DNA of 64,000 bases, taken from the NCBI GenBank assembly GCA_002104905.1, contig MCFE01000128.1, positions 62,001 through 126,000 on the forward strand, in the 5' to 3' direction. Within the stretch, counting starts at the first letter, position 1. The number at the start of each line of letters is the position of its first letter. Positions 35,580 to 48,149 of this stretch are shown here, one piece after another. The notes under the pieces are model-generated. The model searched no databases. It was not told the origin of the DNA and saw only the letters and a program-made list of their open reading frames with translations. A program made the translations under genes and the position numbers. The stretch is from Basidiobolus meristosporus CBS 931.73 (taxonomy: Eukaryota > Fungi > Basidiobolomycota).

Positions 35580-37990
35580 TGTAGTTTCCTATGGATCCCC
35601 ATTTGGAAAGGCCATTTTGGTGTTCATTTGGTAAGTGCCTGGATCTGTGTTGCCTTTTGCCACCATTCTAGCTTTGCATTTATCAATGGTTCCATTTGAG
35701 GTTATGCTGATCTTATAGACCCATCTACATCCCATTAGCTCACTGCCACTAGGTAAGTCTACAACCTCCCACATTTGTACCCTCATCAGGGATTTTTACT
35801 CCTCCAGAGTTGCTTGTTGCCACATGGTAGCATTGGGATGTTGCATTGCTTGTTCCAGATTCTGAGGTTTGGCACATAAGGCAAGTTAAGCTTCTTCATG
35901 TATACTGTATGCCTGCTGCCAAGATCCTGGGGCATTTCTTACTGTGGTGGATCTTCTAGCAACATCCAATTGTTATGATCTGGGACTGGTAGAATTTTCT
36001 TTGGTATCTGTCTGTATTAGGTATGCATCTTCTTCATTAGTGGTCATTGCATCTGCAGAGAGCTGGTCATACCATCTTAGTGAATATCTGATCTGAATTC
36101 ATCTAGGTACAACACCCCTGCTCTGGATCAGCTATGGTATCCGGCCATCATCAGCTCTATACCCACTACTATCTTCACAATATCCTGGAAGTATCCCTGT
36201 TTTACTTTTTGGTTCCAAATTTAAGCAATTCTTTGTCAGGGATGTCATAGAAAACATTGCTGCCAAAGATCTTGCAGTGCTGCTTATATGGTGTCTGTGC
36301 TGTTTATGCTTCAAAGGGTGTGAATCACATGGTACTCTTGTAGGGCATCTAATCCTGCTGAATATCTCTGTAAGAACAGATTCAGCCCAAAACTTGTAAA
36401 GCATTTGCTTGTCAAGTAGCATGGATGTTCCAATCTATACCGTTATTCTATTTACAAATTCTGCTACTCTAACTTGCTAAGGATATGTGGAGCAGCACTT
36501 TATTACAATGTACCAGTAGTTGAGCAGTACTTTGCAAACTACTTAGAGCAGTAGCCCCTACTATTGTTACTTCAAAGTGCTTGGATACACTCAGCTTGTG
36601 TTTCTGCCATGCTCTTCAAATACTCAGTTGTCACTTGAGATGCATCATTTATCTGTAAGAACTATACCTACATGTATTATATCTTGTCCTTAAAAAATGT
36701 TATAAAGAATTTCTTGGATCCAAAGGAAAGCAATCTTATGGGTTCACAGATTTTTAGGTGCATCATAACTATTATATTAGTAGTGTTATGCCTCCTGAGC
36801 TCCTCATGCATTGAGTAGCCTAGTTACCATATGCAAATGCCTACAGACACTTAACTTGATTTGAATTGAGTAATTTTGGCTCAGATTAAGTTTTTCTTTA
36901 CCATTATGCTCATTTTCTGTTTCCCATTGTGTTCCAGTATCCTGTGCAATGTCTTCAAGTAGGTTTTTTTTGCTTTAGGCAGTGTCAGTGCACTCAGGTA
37001 CAATGAACTTGCATTTTAACTTCTGTATATTGTGATCATTTATTTTCAAAGCTAATTCTTGTTCATTTTTGCTAAATTTTGTGCAGCTTTTTTAGTGAAG
37101 AAAAATTTCAGTCCCTGCATAGCTGCTCTACTCACTGAGAGTAGGTTCTTAGCCCCTTCTGGCACAAAGAGTACATCAGTCAGTATTGCTGTTGTTGCCC
37201 CAGAGATATCACTCATACTTAGCTGTTTAGACCCCCTGGTGTTAGCTTCTAGTGCAGAGTTCTCTCCCAAATAAATCTTTCTTGTGGGAATAGTCACAAG
37301 TTCCTGAACCACCACATTACTCTACAAATATGCAGTAATACTCTAGAGTTAATAAACCATTCATTACTACTGTTATTTGTACTCTCTTATATAGTAACAA
37401 TCAACTATTCATCAATAGTTACATGGTTTGCCTGCTCTGGTTTCTGTTTATTACCTGCTTGCTTCTTCTTTTATTCTCTTGCCAGTGTCCTGACTTTATA
37501 TAGTAGTAACAGTGACCAGGTTTTCCTTGGTTCTGTTGCTTCCATTTGTTTTCTGTGTGCCTTTCAGAGCCAAATAAAGTATTATATTCAGTTTAATCTA
37601 CTTGATCATTATGTCTGAGTACTGCATGGAGAAGTCTTCCTTTTATATGATCTAAGGTCTGGTTGTCTTCTCTGCTGTTAGAAGAAAGCATGAGTTGCTC
37701 CTACTTCTCTGCTGAGCTGCAAAATAGACAGAGCATTATCTCTTCATCATCTATACCAGCACTGATACTTGAAAGTTCTTCCACAAGTGTCACCTTGTTA
37801 GTAGCGTGTAAATCTATGGCATACTCTTTGTGTTGAAGAATTTTCTCCTTGAACAATGCTTGCTTGATATAGACTTTCCTCTAATAATCTTCTCTAAGGA
37901 TTCCTATGCTGCTTTGGCAGCATTTGATGCATAATTTTGCCCACTGAAGGAGTCTCACACAATAATACATTGTTATGATCTACAGCTTCA
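35580..37990 (-). mobile_element. Degenerate copia-2 internal region (gag-PR-IN-start of RT)
   Basis: ORFs 35589-35786, 36132-36422 and 37052-37315 match 29207-31945. Confidence 0.8.
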
Positions 37991-38199
37991 ATATTCAAAT
38001 TGGATTGTTTTTGGCCTCTCTCAGTTTGTCTTATGCTTTGCCTATCAGAATATCAGTGTTACCTATCAAATCAGTAGTATTTGTCAGCAGATGTATCTGA
38101 AGATCCTCATACAACAGAAATACATGTATTATGCAAGATCTAATTGGGTGATGATGATGCAATGAAATGGCTCATTGTACCCTATGAAGACTATTATGA

Positions 38200-40010
38200 T
38201 GATATCACCAAGAGGCAGTCACTGAATCTAAGTCTTCTGACTAAGAAGTATCAATCCCATCAGGAAACCATGCAAAGACTGTCAGAAAATTATCACACCC
38301 CAGATTCACCAAAAACTTGGTGAGAATTCTTCATCACAATGCCACAAAAGTGGCTTTTGATTGGTTCTCTGCCAATGTTCCTGCTTTCCAATTCCAGACA
38401 CTCTATGATGGCCCATATTTGTGTGCAGTGATTGGCTACTGCCTCTTTTCACCCTCCCTACTTTCTGACCCTACCAATTCTTTTACTCTTCATGCATACA
38501 AATTGATTTATTTGCATTGTAACTTCAGTTATACCTCAATTGCCAATTATATGGACCTACACAAGTCCCTATGCCCTACACTCAACAGATAATTTCATTA
38601 AAAGCCACCACTCAATTAGTATAACTATTGTAACACTCTGTTTCCATGACTTTGGCAGGAGCCCTACAGCTTTATACTACTCTCCATTCACTGATGCCTT
38701 TACATCCTTGTCTTGAGCCAGCATTGCAAGGTCTAGCACCTCAAGTGCCAGCCATTGCAATAAATCCTTGTAATAATTAAGTGCATTCTCTGGAGCACTG
38801 TTCTCAATGAGGTGCTGTAGCCTCTTGGTATGCCTATTAATGTTCTAAGATTCTACCAAAAGCATTGTAATAACCTTTTGAGTCTTGATGTTGTTACTTT
38901 ATCTGTGAGTGGGATATCCACTCTGACTACTTTGGAGGATGTCAAGGCTGTGGTAGACAAATTGCCTCTCTCTTCAAACTCATCTACCTCTCTGCAGTGT
39001 AGCTCAACTGCTTGAGCTTCCATCTCTTGTGAAAACAGCTGTTTTCTTGATTATAATTTCTCTTGGCTATGATGAATTGAGTCTGTTCCAGGCTTACAGC
39101 ATTATTTGGCAAGAAATGCAGCTACTTTCTCACCATTCCCTGTCTCTGGCTGGTGACAACCTTGTTCTAGTTACCTTTTCCTTTATCACTGTTAGGTCTT
39201 TCACTGCTATATTATCTGGGTGCTTTTTGTGTTGACCAACATTTTCTCCTAGATAATAACTGCTCTGATGCATCTGTTTTGGCCTGTCAGTCCCTTGCTG
39301 GCAGTCTGTGGGCAGTCTGAAGCTTCTTTTCTGCTTGTTTCAAGTTCTCAGCCCTTGCTTTCATTGGCTCCTGAGGTGGTTGCTTGCTTTTAGCACTGCC
39401 AGGTTGTTCATTGCTACATTGACAAAGTGCTTCTTGAGAAGAAATACACTTTCCTTGGTAAGTGTTGTGCAGGTGCATCTACTTCTGCTTGCTTGTCCCT
39501 TATTGGCACTCTTCCAGCAACCTGATTTCTCTTTGATGCTTGTTTGGAGCTTTCAGCCCTGTTTGTAACAGGCTCTTGAGGAAGCTTCTGGCTTTTAGCC
39601 ATTACGCGCTTGTTCTTCTGCCTTTGATAGTTTCTGCTGCCTTTGAGATACTTTCTTAGCATACTAATGCATGCCCAAATGTGTTTCCTTGTATGAATCA
39701 AAATTAAGACTCATGGAGCAAGTCAAGTAAATACTGCTTGCCATAAGTCCCTGATGGTCACATGGTGTGCTGGCCTGAAGGTATTGGCAAGATAGACTTC
39801 TAATGGCCTCTTCAATATTAGTGCACTTTTCATCATTGCACTCAACAGCCTCATGGATCTTCAATGGTTTTTGATTGTTAGGCTTTGAAATACACACTAC
39901 TTTTTCAACCTCCCAAGCTGTCATGGGTTTTTGTGTGGCTTTTAACTTTGGGTACTATTGTTGTGATTCAAACACTGAATGGTGTTCTTCTGCTGTTATT
40001 GACAATGTAT
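38200..40010 (-). pseudogene. Unidentified companion ORF copy (two repeat units) plus 3' flank
   Basis: Reverse complement matches 48250-50000 and 53340-55050. Confidence 0.65.
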
Positions 40011-40019
40011 TGACCTATT

Positions 40020-41755
40020 TGGTATCATTATGCAGGTACTGCCAAAGCTGCATGGGAATTCTTAGGGAAGATCTCTAGAGCAAAGTCAGTATCAAGCTAG
40101 CTTTATTTGAAACAAAAGTTCTTCAACATGAGTAAGAAGCCAGATGATGACATGCTACAACTCATACCAGAATGAAGACACTTGCAGAAGGACTTTGGAG
40201 TACTAAAGCAGGTGTAGATGATGAAGAAAAGATTCTCTGTCTGCTTTGCATCCTACCAGACAAGTATGAGCTACTCATACCTTCTTTTGAAAGCAGTGAA
40301 GACAACTTGACTTTAGAATATGTCAAAGGACAACTTTTTCATGAAGAACCTAGATGTAATGATCAAGCAAGGAAAATGAAGACAATGCTTTATTCAGCTC
40401 AGAAAGGCACTCAGAAAAGTAGGGAATACAACAACAACAAAGAAAACCTGGTTGTTGTAACTGGAAGCCAGCACACTGGGCAAGAGAATGCAAGAAGAAA
40501 CAAGCAGACAAAAAACTGAAGCTGGAGCAGGCAAACCATATATCTACTGATGAAGGGTTATTTGGAACTGTACAAAAGAGTGCAAGTGACCAAAGTAATG
40601 AATGGTCTATTGACTCTGAAGTATTACAGCATATTTGGCGTATAAAGGAGTTGCTGAGCAACTTAAAGACTATTCATGTAAGAAAGGTTTCTCTGGTAGA
40701 CAACTCTGCACTGGAAGCTACTGCCAGTAGGTCTATACTACTTAATATGAGTCATATCTCAGGGGCTACAACAGCAAAACTGACTGATGTACTCTATGTA
40801 CCTGGAATTGCTAAGAACCTACTATCAGTCACTAAAGTAGCTGCTCAGGGACTGAAATTTGTTTTTACTAAGCTGAACTGCTTAATGTTGAGGGAAAATG
40901 GACAAAATTTGCTTTGGGAATCAGAGATCACAATGTATACAAGTTACAATGCAAGAAAATTGTACCTAAGTATGCCAACATTGCTGAAACTGTTGAAACT
41001 AACTGGGACATGTGGCTTAGGAGGCTAGGACACATTGTTGAACAGAAAATGAGCCAATTGGTGAAAAAACAGCTTGTTTTAGGCCTAAATTACTCAATTC
41101 CATTCACACTGAATGTCTGTAAGAGATGCTCATATGGCAAACAAGCTAGGCATGTTTCAGGAGCTCAAGAGGCATCAACACCACCAAAACATGGACTATT
41201 GTACACTCAGATATATGTGGGCACATGAGAACATGGTCTTTTGGAGCCAATAGATACTTTATGAAGTTTCCTGAGGACAGGACAAGATATACATGGGCAT
41301 ACTTCCTCAAAACACAGGATGATGCTTTAGAGATTTTAAACACTTGAAAAACATACTTCAACAGACCACTGTTCTGCATACTGCACAGCAAAATCTAATA
41401 GCTGAACATGCAAATAGAACAAATGTTGAGATGGGAAGATCTATGCTATATGATAATGGAACAGACTACAAGTTTTGGGCTGAATCTGTTGCTACCACAG
41501 TATGCATCAAGAATAGATGCCCAACAGCAGCACTGCATGATTCTACATCCTTTGAAGCATATACAGGCAAAAAACCAAACCTCCAGTATCTCAGGAACTT
41601 TAGCAGTTGTGTCTTTTATTGCATCCCTGACAAAAAACACTTAAAGCTGGAACCAAAGAGTAGAAAAGGGATCTTTTGTAGGTGTTGTGATGATACTAAA
41701 AGGTATAGAGTGTATGATGGCAGATTTCAGAAGCTGATCAAGAGCAGAGACATTT
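40020..41755 (+). mobile_element. Degenerate copia-2 internal fragment (gag-PR-IN)
   Basis: ORFs 40172-40519, 40651-41028, 40914-41228 and 41344-41790 match 29207-31300. Confidence 0.8.
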
Positions 41756-41757
41756 TA

Positions 41758-43345
41758 CTTCATAATCCACCGCTTGAAAATTTAAGTTAGATTAGTATTT
41801 AGTTAAATCAATTAGTTATATGTTTAGCCTATCAGTACATCAGTGTTATCTATCAAATCAGTAGCATTAGTCAGCAGATGAATCAGCAGATCCTTAATAG
41901 ACAGGAACAGACATATTAAGTGGGATCTTACTGAGTGATGATGATGCAATCAAATGAGTCATCAGCCACAACCTATTCTTGGAAATACAGTTAGTCAGCA
42001 AATGATCTGGCAAAAATGTATATAAGGAGCTGCTAGAACCCCAATAAAAATCGGCTCAAGTTGTAATGTATACAATACTAGCTAAGCTCCCTATTCCTCT
42101 ACAACTCCTATATCAAGACTTGTAGCATTGGTAACAGCAATAACCAGAAACCTCCCTCCTAAAGAAAGAAGAAGCCTCCCTCAAGATGTTAAAAAATCAA
42201 GAATGCAAGAATGCCATGCAGCAAATCCTGGCCCAACAACAACAGTCACTCTAGATCCTTAGCCAGCAGCAAAAAGGAATGACTACCATGGCCCAAAGCC
42301 AGCAAAACCCTGTCAAGAGCAACCTTAGTGTCAAGGTCAACTGGTACCATGGTAGAGTCAATGAAAACCTGGGAACTTGGCTCTTCCAGACTGAAGAGGC
42401 TTTCAAGGCTAAAGGAATTGCTCCTGAAAGCAAGTTACATCATGCAGCCTCTTACCTGGCAGATGCAGCTTTACAATGGTATCACAACAAGATTGAGTCT
42501 GACATCATGATTGGATGTGCTATAGTCTCTACCTAGGATAAGTTTGCGTTGGAAATTCAGGATGCTGTTGAATCTCCACACCAGCAGACACTGCTAAGAA
42601 AAAAGTTGAAGACACTCAGAGAGAAAGGAATGGTTCAAGAGTTCATCTAAAATATGAATGTCTACTTGGACAAATTGAAAGAATGGACCCCCTGGATCAA
42701 GTTGAATACTTTATGGATGGGTTGCAAGAAAGAACTTGCAAGGAATTGAACTATCTAAAGCCCCAGACTATTGAAGAAGCCATCAAGATTGCAATTGACT
42801 ATGACTCATCCATGTTGGAGTTAGAAGCCCCGCAATGTCTATTCAGAGAGGCTACAATCAGCCAGAGCATGATGACCCAGAATGAAACATGACATTGAGA
42901 AGCTAGTGAAAACATGCCCATATTGCCAAATCAAACAAGGTCAACTACAGAGAATTGCTGAACTCTTCCTTTTGAAGCAGGTAAGACTATTTGAGAGATG
43001 GGGATTTGACTTTATTGGAAGATGGCCAACTACCAGGAAATGCAAATATTGGATCCTAGTAGCAATTGACCATGGCACTAAATGGCCAGTTGCTAAAGCT
43101 CTACCTGAAGCTAGTGCACAAGAAGTTGCAAGCTTCATCTACTATGTAGTCCTGATAAAGCTTGAATGCCCTGTAGATGCTCTGTCTGATAGAGAGGCAA
43201 AATTTGCGGCAAAGACATTGGAAGCTTACCTGGATATATAAGGAGCTGCTAGAACCTTAATCGCAATCAGTTCAAGTTTTAGAAAATACAGTATCTGGCT
43301 AAACTCCCTGGTCCTCTACAGCTGTTATATCAAGACTTGAAACAC
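41758..43345 (+). mobile_element. Internally deleted gypsy: 5' LTR (~41758-42126), gag, jump to integrase, partial 3' LTR (~43235-43345)
   Basis: gag ENLGTWLFQTEEAF..AASYLADAALQWY and PQTIEEAIKIAIDYDS (matching 26760-26708 on the minus strand); IN KTCPYCQI/WGFDFIGR from 42882; possible PBS TGGTAACAG near 42128. Confidence 0.8.
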
Positions 43346-43699
43346 CATATGGGCCTGAACTTTGGGAACCAAGGAGCTTTTGAATGAGGCTTGCCTTAAA
43401 AGACTAATGTACTACATGCTATTATATTAGAGTTATGCTGCTTCCAAGCGCAATTTACATAGAACTCATCAAGGTAACAGCACCAAAGTATCAGATAGAG
43501 GGTATTATAATGCCTTAAGTAAACAGCTGGTGAGCTTTGACAGGAAGAATATAGACCACAGGCAACTGCATGTAGATTGTGCCCAATGAAAAATTATTGT
43601 GATGTTCCCATCAAAAGACCATCACAGATTCTAGGTCCCATGACTAAGAGGTATTGACTCAATTGGAACACTGTGCAAAGACTTTCAAAAAATAATTAT

Positions 43700-45080
43700 A
43701 CTCCAGATATCATAAAAAGCTTAGTCAGAATATTTCATCACAATGATACTAAAGTGGCTTTTTATTGGTTCTCTACTAAATCTCTCTCTTTCTGAACCTG
43801 GGCACTCTATCACCTCCTATGTTGGTGTGTGTTGATTGGTTATTTCCCCTTTTCACACTCCTTACTACCTGCTCAGTCATTTCTCTTACTTTTATTGCAT
43901 ACAAAATGATTTATTTCTACTGAAACTTCAGTTGTGCCTGAATCGCCAATTGCATTGACCTATACAAGTCTATACACCCTACACAGATATTTAGCCCAAC
44001 CACACACTCAACAAGTAATGCCACTAGTATACACCACACAATAAGTATTTTTGCTGTAATGCTCTCTTTACACAACTTTGGCAGGAGCCCTTTGGCTTTA
44101 TGCCATGATTCATTCACTGATTCCCATACATCCTGGTCTTCAGCTAGCACTACAAGGTCTAGCTCCTAATCTGCCTGTCTTTGCTGCAAGTCCTTGCAAT
44201 ATTCAAGTGAATTTTCTTGAGCACTGCTCTTGAAGAAGTGCTACAACCTTTTGGTGTGCCCATTAGTGAACCAAAACTCCACCAAAGGCATTGTGATAAC
44301 CTTTTGAGTGCTTAATGTTGCTACTCTCTCTGTTAGTGCAATCTCCACTCTTTCAACAATGAAGGATGTGAAGGCTGTGGTAGACAAATTGCCTTTCTCT
44401 GCAAACTCATCTACCTCACTGGAGTGTAACATAACTTGCTGTGCTTCCAACTCTTGTGAAAACAGCTGTTCTCTTGTTGGTAAATCTACTTGGCTATGCT
44501 GGAATTTAGTTTGTTCTGGGCTTAGTGCATTAATTGGCTAGCGCTGTAGCTTTTTTCTTATGCTTCCCGGTCTCTGTCTTGTGTAGACTTTTTCCCCTCT
44601 ACCTTTTCCTTTATCACTGCCAGGTCTTTCACTGCTACTTTGTCCAAGTACTACTTCTACTGAACTATGGTTTCTCCATGATAAATTCTGCTCTGATGCA
44701 TCTATTTTGGCCTGCTTGCTCCTTGATGGCGCACTGCAGGCAATCTGGCACCTCTTTCCTACTTGTTTTGAGCTCACATTCCATGCTGTGATGGACTCCT
44801 GAGGTAGCTGCTTGCTTTTATCACTGCCAGGTCCTTCACTGCTACTTTGACTAAGTGCTTCTTGAGTGGAAGTACACTTTTTCCTTAGTAAATGTTGTGC
44901 TGATGCATCCATGTCTGCCAGCTTTTCCCTCATTGGCACTCTTCCAGCTACCTGATGCCTCTTTGATGCTTGTTTGGAGCTATTGGCCCTGCATGTAACA
45001 TGCTCTTGAGGAAACCACTGGTTTTTGGCCATTGCATGCCTGTTTTTCTGTCTTTGATAGTTTCTACTATTTGATTCAAA
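43700..45080 (-). pseudogene. Unidentified companion ORF copy, head-to-head with the CACTA-type transposase
   Basis: ORFs 44538-45179, 44241-44450 and 43917-44150 are consecutive pieces homologous to 48584-49763. Confidence 0.65.
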
Positions 45081-45260
45081 GTCATAAGACAGCCTCTCAG
45101 CCATGAAGCATGCAAACAGCATAGGAAGTTCCGCAAGGATCATGGCCAGTGTTTTGCCACACAAGTCATATTTGATCATTCACCAGTTACTACTGTACCA
45201 ACAATATCTTGCCAGCCACTTGATTCTTCTACAGCAGCATCCTGCTGTACTTATTACCTT

Positions 45261-47690
45261 GTGCAAATTGAGTCAGGAGAGTTTGTGACACCTTTGGGCT
45301 CACCCCAGTCTACTGAATATAGCACACAGAGTTATAGATCTGACAAAGCAGGCTCACTGATAGATTGCAAGCCTATCTTCCCTGACAATAGTATTCTGCA
45401 TGAGCCCTGCAAAATCCTGTTATGCAATGAGACAACCCCCATGGAAAAAAATGCCAAGGATACTTTACAGAATCAAGTTGGCCCAGTAATTGACTTACTG
45501 GTGCATGATGTGATGTTGTGGCTAGAGAATTGGTGTGTTCTCACTGATATCAGTATTGGGGGCTTTGGGGATTCACTACTACTTGCCAAAATCATCCTGG
45601 GATGCAACCTACCATGTATATAGTGTAAATGGAAAACCATCATGCAGCTGGCTACATATGACCTAGAGACCATCCTGATACCAGCATTTGCTAACAGTAG
45701 CTTGGCATTCACATCCAAAAATGCCTCCATTTCAAGGTGTCCAACTAGTCAGAAATCCATCACCATTGAGGGAAAATATTGTTCACACTCCAGATATATT
45801 CTGGTAATGCCCCATATAAAGAAGCTCATGCAGTCCAACAAACATTGTGAAGCTATGAAGTACTGCACTCAGTATCAATCAAGCCCAAGCATATCAGATA
45901 CACTTGATGGCAAACATTAAAAACAGCCAAGAAGCAAGGGCTACTTTGAAGGTATGTATTACCATGCCTTTCCCTTGGCACTTGATGGATTCTCATTGAG
46001 CAAGTTTTCCACCAGCAAATTTTGCTAGCCACTTATTCTCATCAATCTGAATCTGCTGCCTATCTTACAGTATTAAAGCAGAAATCTGATGGTAAGCTCA
46101 CTGGTATCTGGGCCTAAATCACCACCCAACCTGGATTGCTACCTGTATCCATTGCTGGATGAGTCTTGTATGCTTTCCAGCATGATAACAGTAAATTTCC
46201 ATCATGTAAACATGCTTATTATTATTGGCATGGGAGATACCCCAGCCATTAGCAAGATAGCCAGCTTTTCTGGGCACAATGGAGATTATTGCTATCCAGT
46301 GTATATGATCCAGGGGACTTACTCCATAACTCACACACATTTTTATCACCCAAACACCAGCACTAAGAACATCATCTTTCCATGGGGAGAATATACAGAA
46401 GTCAGCATGCAATTGCAGCAAAGTTGGAAAGCTATAAGCCATTGGCCAAAGTATAGAATTAATTGGAAACTGAAGATAATTAAACACAAGGGTACCTGTG
46501 GGAGCAAAAGCTTTCCACTGGGAGCAATGCAATTGCTTTTCAATAATACCCCTATACAAATGACCAGTTTTACATGGGGCATTTTGAGCTAAATGAGCCT
46601 GTTGAGAAATTGCAGAAATTTGAAAGAATTGGCAAGATATTACAGAGTATCTGCTACCCAAAGTACTTCTCACAGGCCCCAATCAACATGCATACACATA
46701 TGCAACAATTCAGGTGCAAGGTCTCAATGAACTGGATATGTATTTATTCAAGTGGCCTTTGGAAGCCATTTCTACTATGAATTCATTTGAAGCATTGGGA
46801 GTCATATGTGGACATGGTAGGGATATTTGTCCAGAGGCAGATCACCAATGCCAGCTTGATGCTTCATCAGCTTTTGTACAGAGAGTTTGTGACAGGATTT
46901 GAGTGGCTATACTACAAACATAAAGCTGAACATTTAGATCTCTGCCACTACTGTGTCCATTTGCTACTCCATCTTGCTTGGTTTGTTAAGAATATTGGAC
47001 CTTGCTTCATGTTTTGGTAGTTTCCTATAGAGCAGATGTGTGGGGAGATAGCAATACAAGCAAAGTTGCAGGTACTACCTTATCCCAATCTCATCAAGTA
47101 TATTTCCTTCAAGCCCATCATGGATGTGATGAGCTGGCACATGGTGGACAGCCAGAAAGAGTTGGAAAACACTGAGGACAAATGTGCACATGGAGACACC
47201 TATGCCTATGGCATTAAGAAGCTAAGCAGCCCCATGCATGCGTAAGCTGTTAAGTAATGCAATGTTAGGTTGAGTGCAACAAGCAATTATCTATACCAAA
47301 GTATGCTGGAATTCTCTTAGTCACAAGCCAATTTCTACACCATTCAATACTGTATTTGCACAAACAAGAGCCAGAACACATCTATAAGGAGGACTAGAAT
47401 CCTGTTGGGAGAAGGAATATATTGGCTAAATACCAAAAAGTTCTTTGCAGATATTCAAGAGGTATTCATGGCAAAAGTAGTGGCAACCAAGCATATGCTT
47501 GCAAGATGTATATGTTACTAGCAATACAAGGTATATGGCTACTTTGCAAGCTTTGCACTAAAAAGCCGTAAAGTAGAGGTGATAGATGTATGTCAATTGA
47601 GGCAGGTGTTTACATTGGTAGAGGTTAGTAAGCAGGAGGCCATAGTATTTCTTGATCCAAACTATATGTGGAATACCCAAGGTAGTAGTG
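45261..47690 (+). pseudogene. Most complete CACTA/En-Spm-type (Transposase_21-like) transposase pseudogene
   Basis: Consecutive motifs: RCPTSQ..YILV; ALDGF; VSGPKSPPNLDCYLYPLLDE; GDTPAISKIASFSGHNG; FEWLYY..LCHYCVHLLLHL..IGPCFMFW*FPIEQMCGEI..PYPNLI. Many stops and frameshifts. Confidence 0.8.
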
Positions 47691-48149
47691 GGTAAGCAAA
47701 TAAATAGGGGTGATTCTACAGTGGAATATATGAATTGTGCAAGGGGAGGTAGAAGAAGGAAATACCATATGGTAAATTAGTATGGTTGCATTATACACAA
47801 CTAGCTGTAGGCTGCCATACTGGCACAATAATGCCATCAGAGCCTTGCAAAGAGGCTTTCAAAACATTGTCAAGTTTTTTGCCATATTAGGCAATAGGAT
47901 GTACCAGCCAGTTAGATCTACTCAAATAGTTGTTAAGCACACTAAGACCATAAAAGTTCCATGCTACCCTTGGCAAAACACCATACAAACACTGTTAAAT
48001 TTTGTCAACTCTATTTAGCCGTAAAATTAGCAAAATACTATTGTGATCCTGTCACAGGATTGTGTAGATGGTCATCAATTCCAAGCTGCTGGTATTATAG
48101 TGGTCTCCTGACAGGATCTTGATGGCTGATCTGGATTAGAACCACCCAT

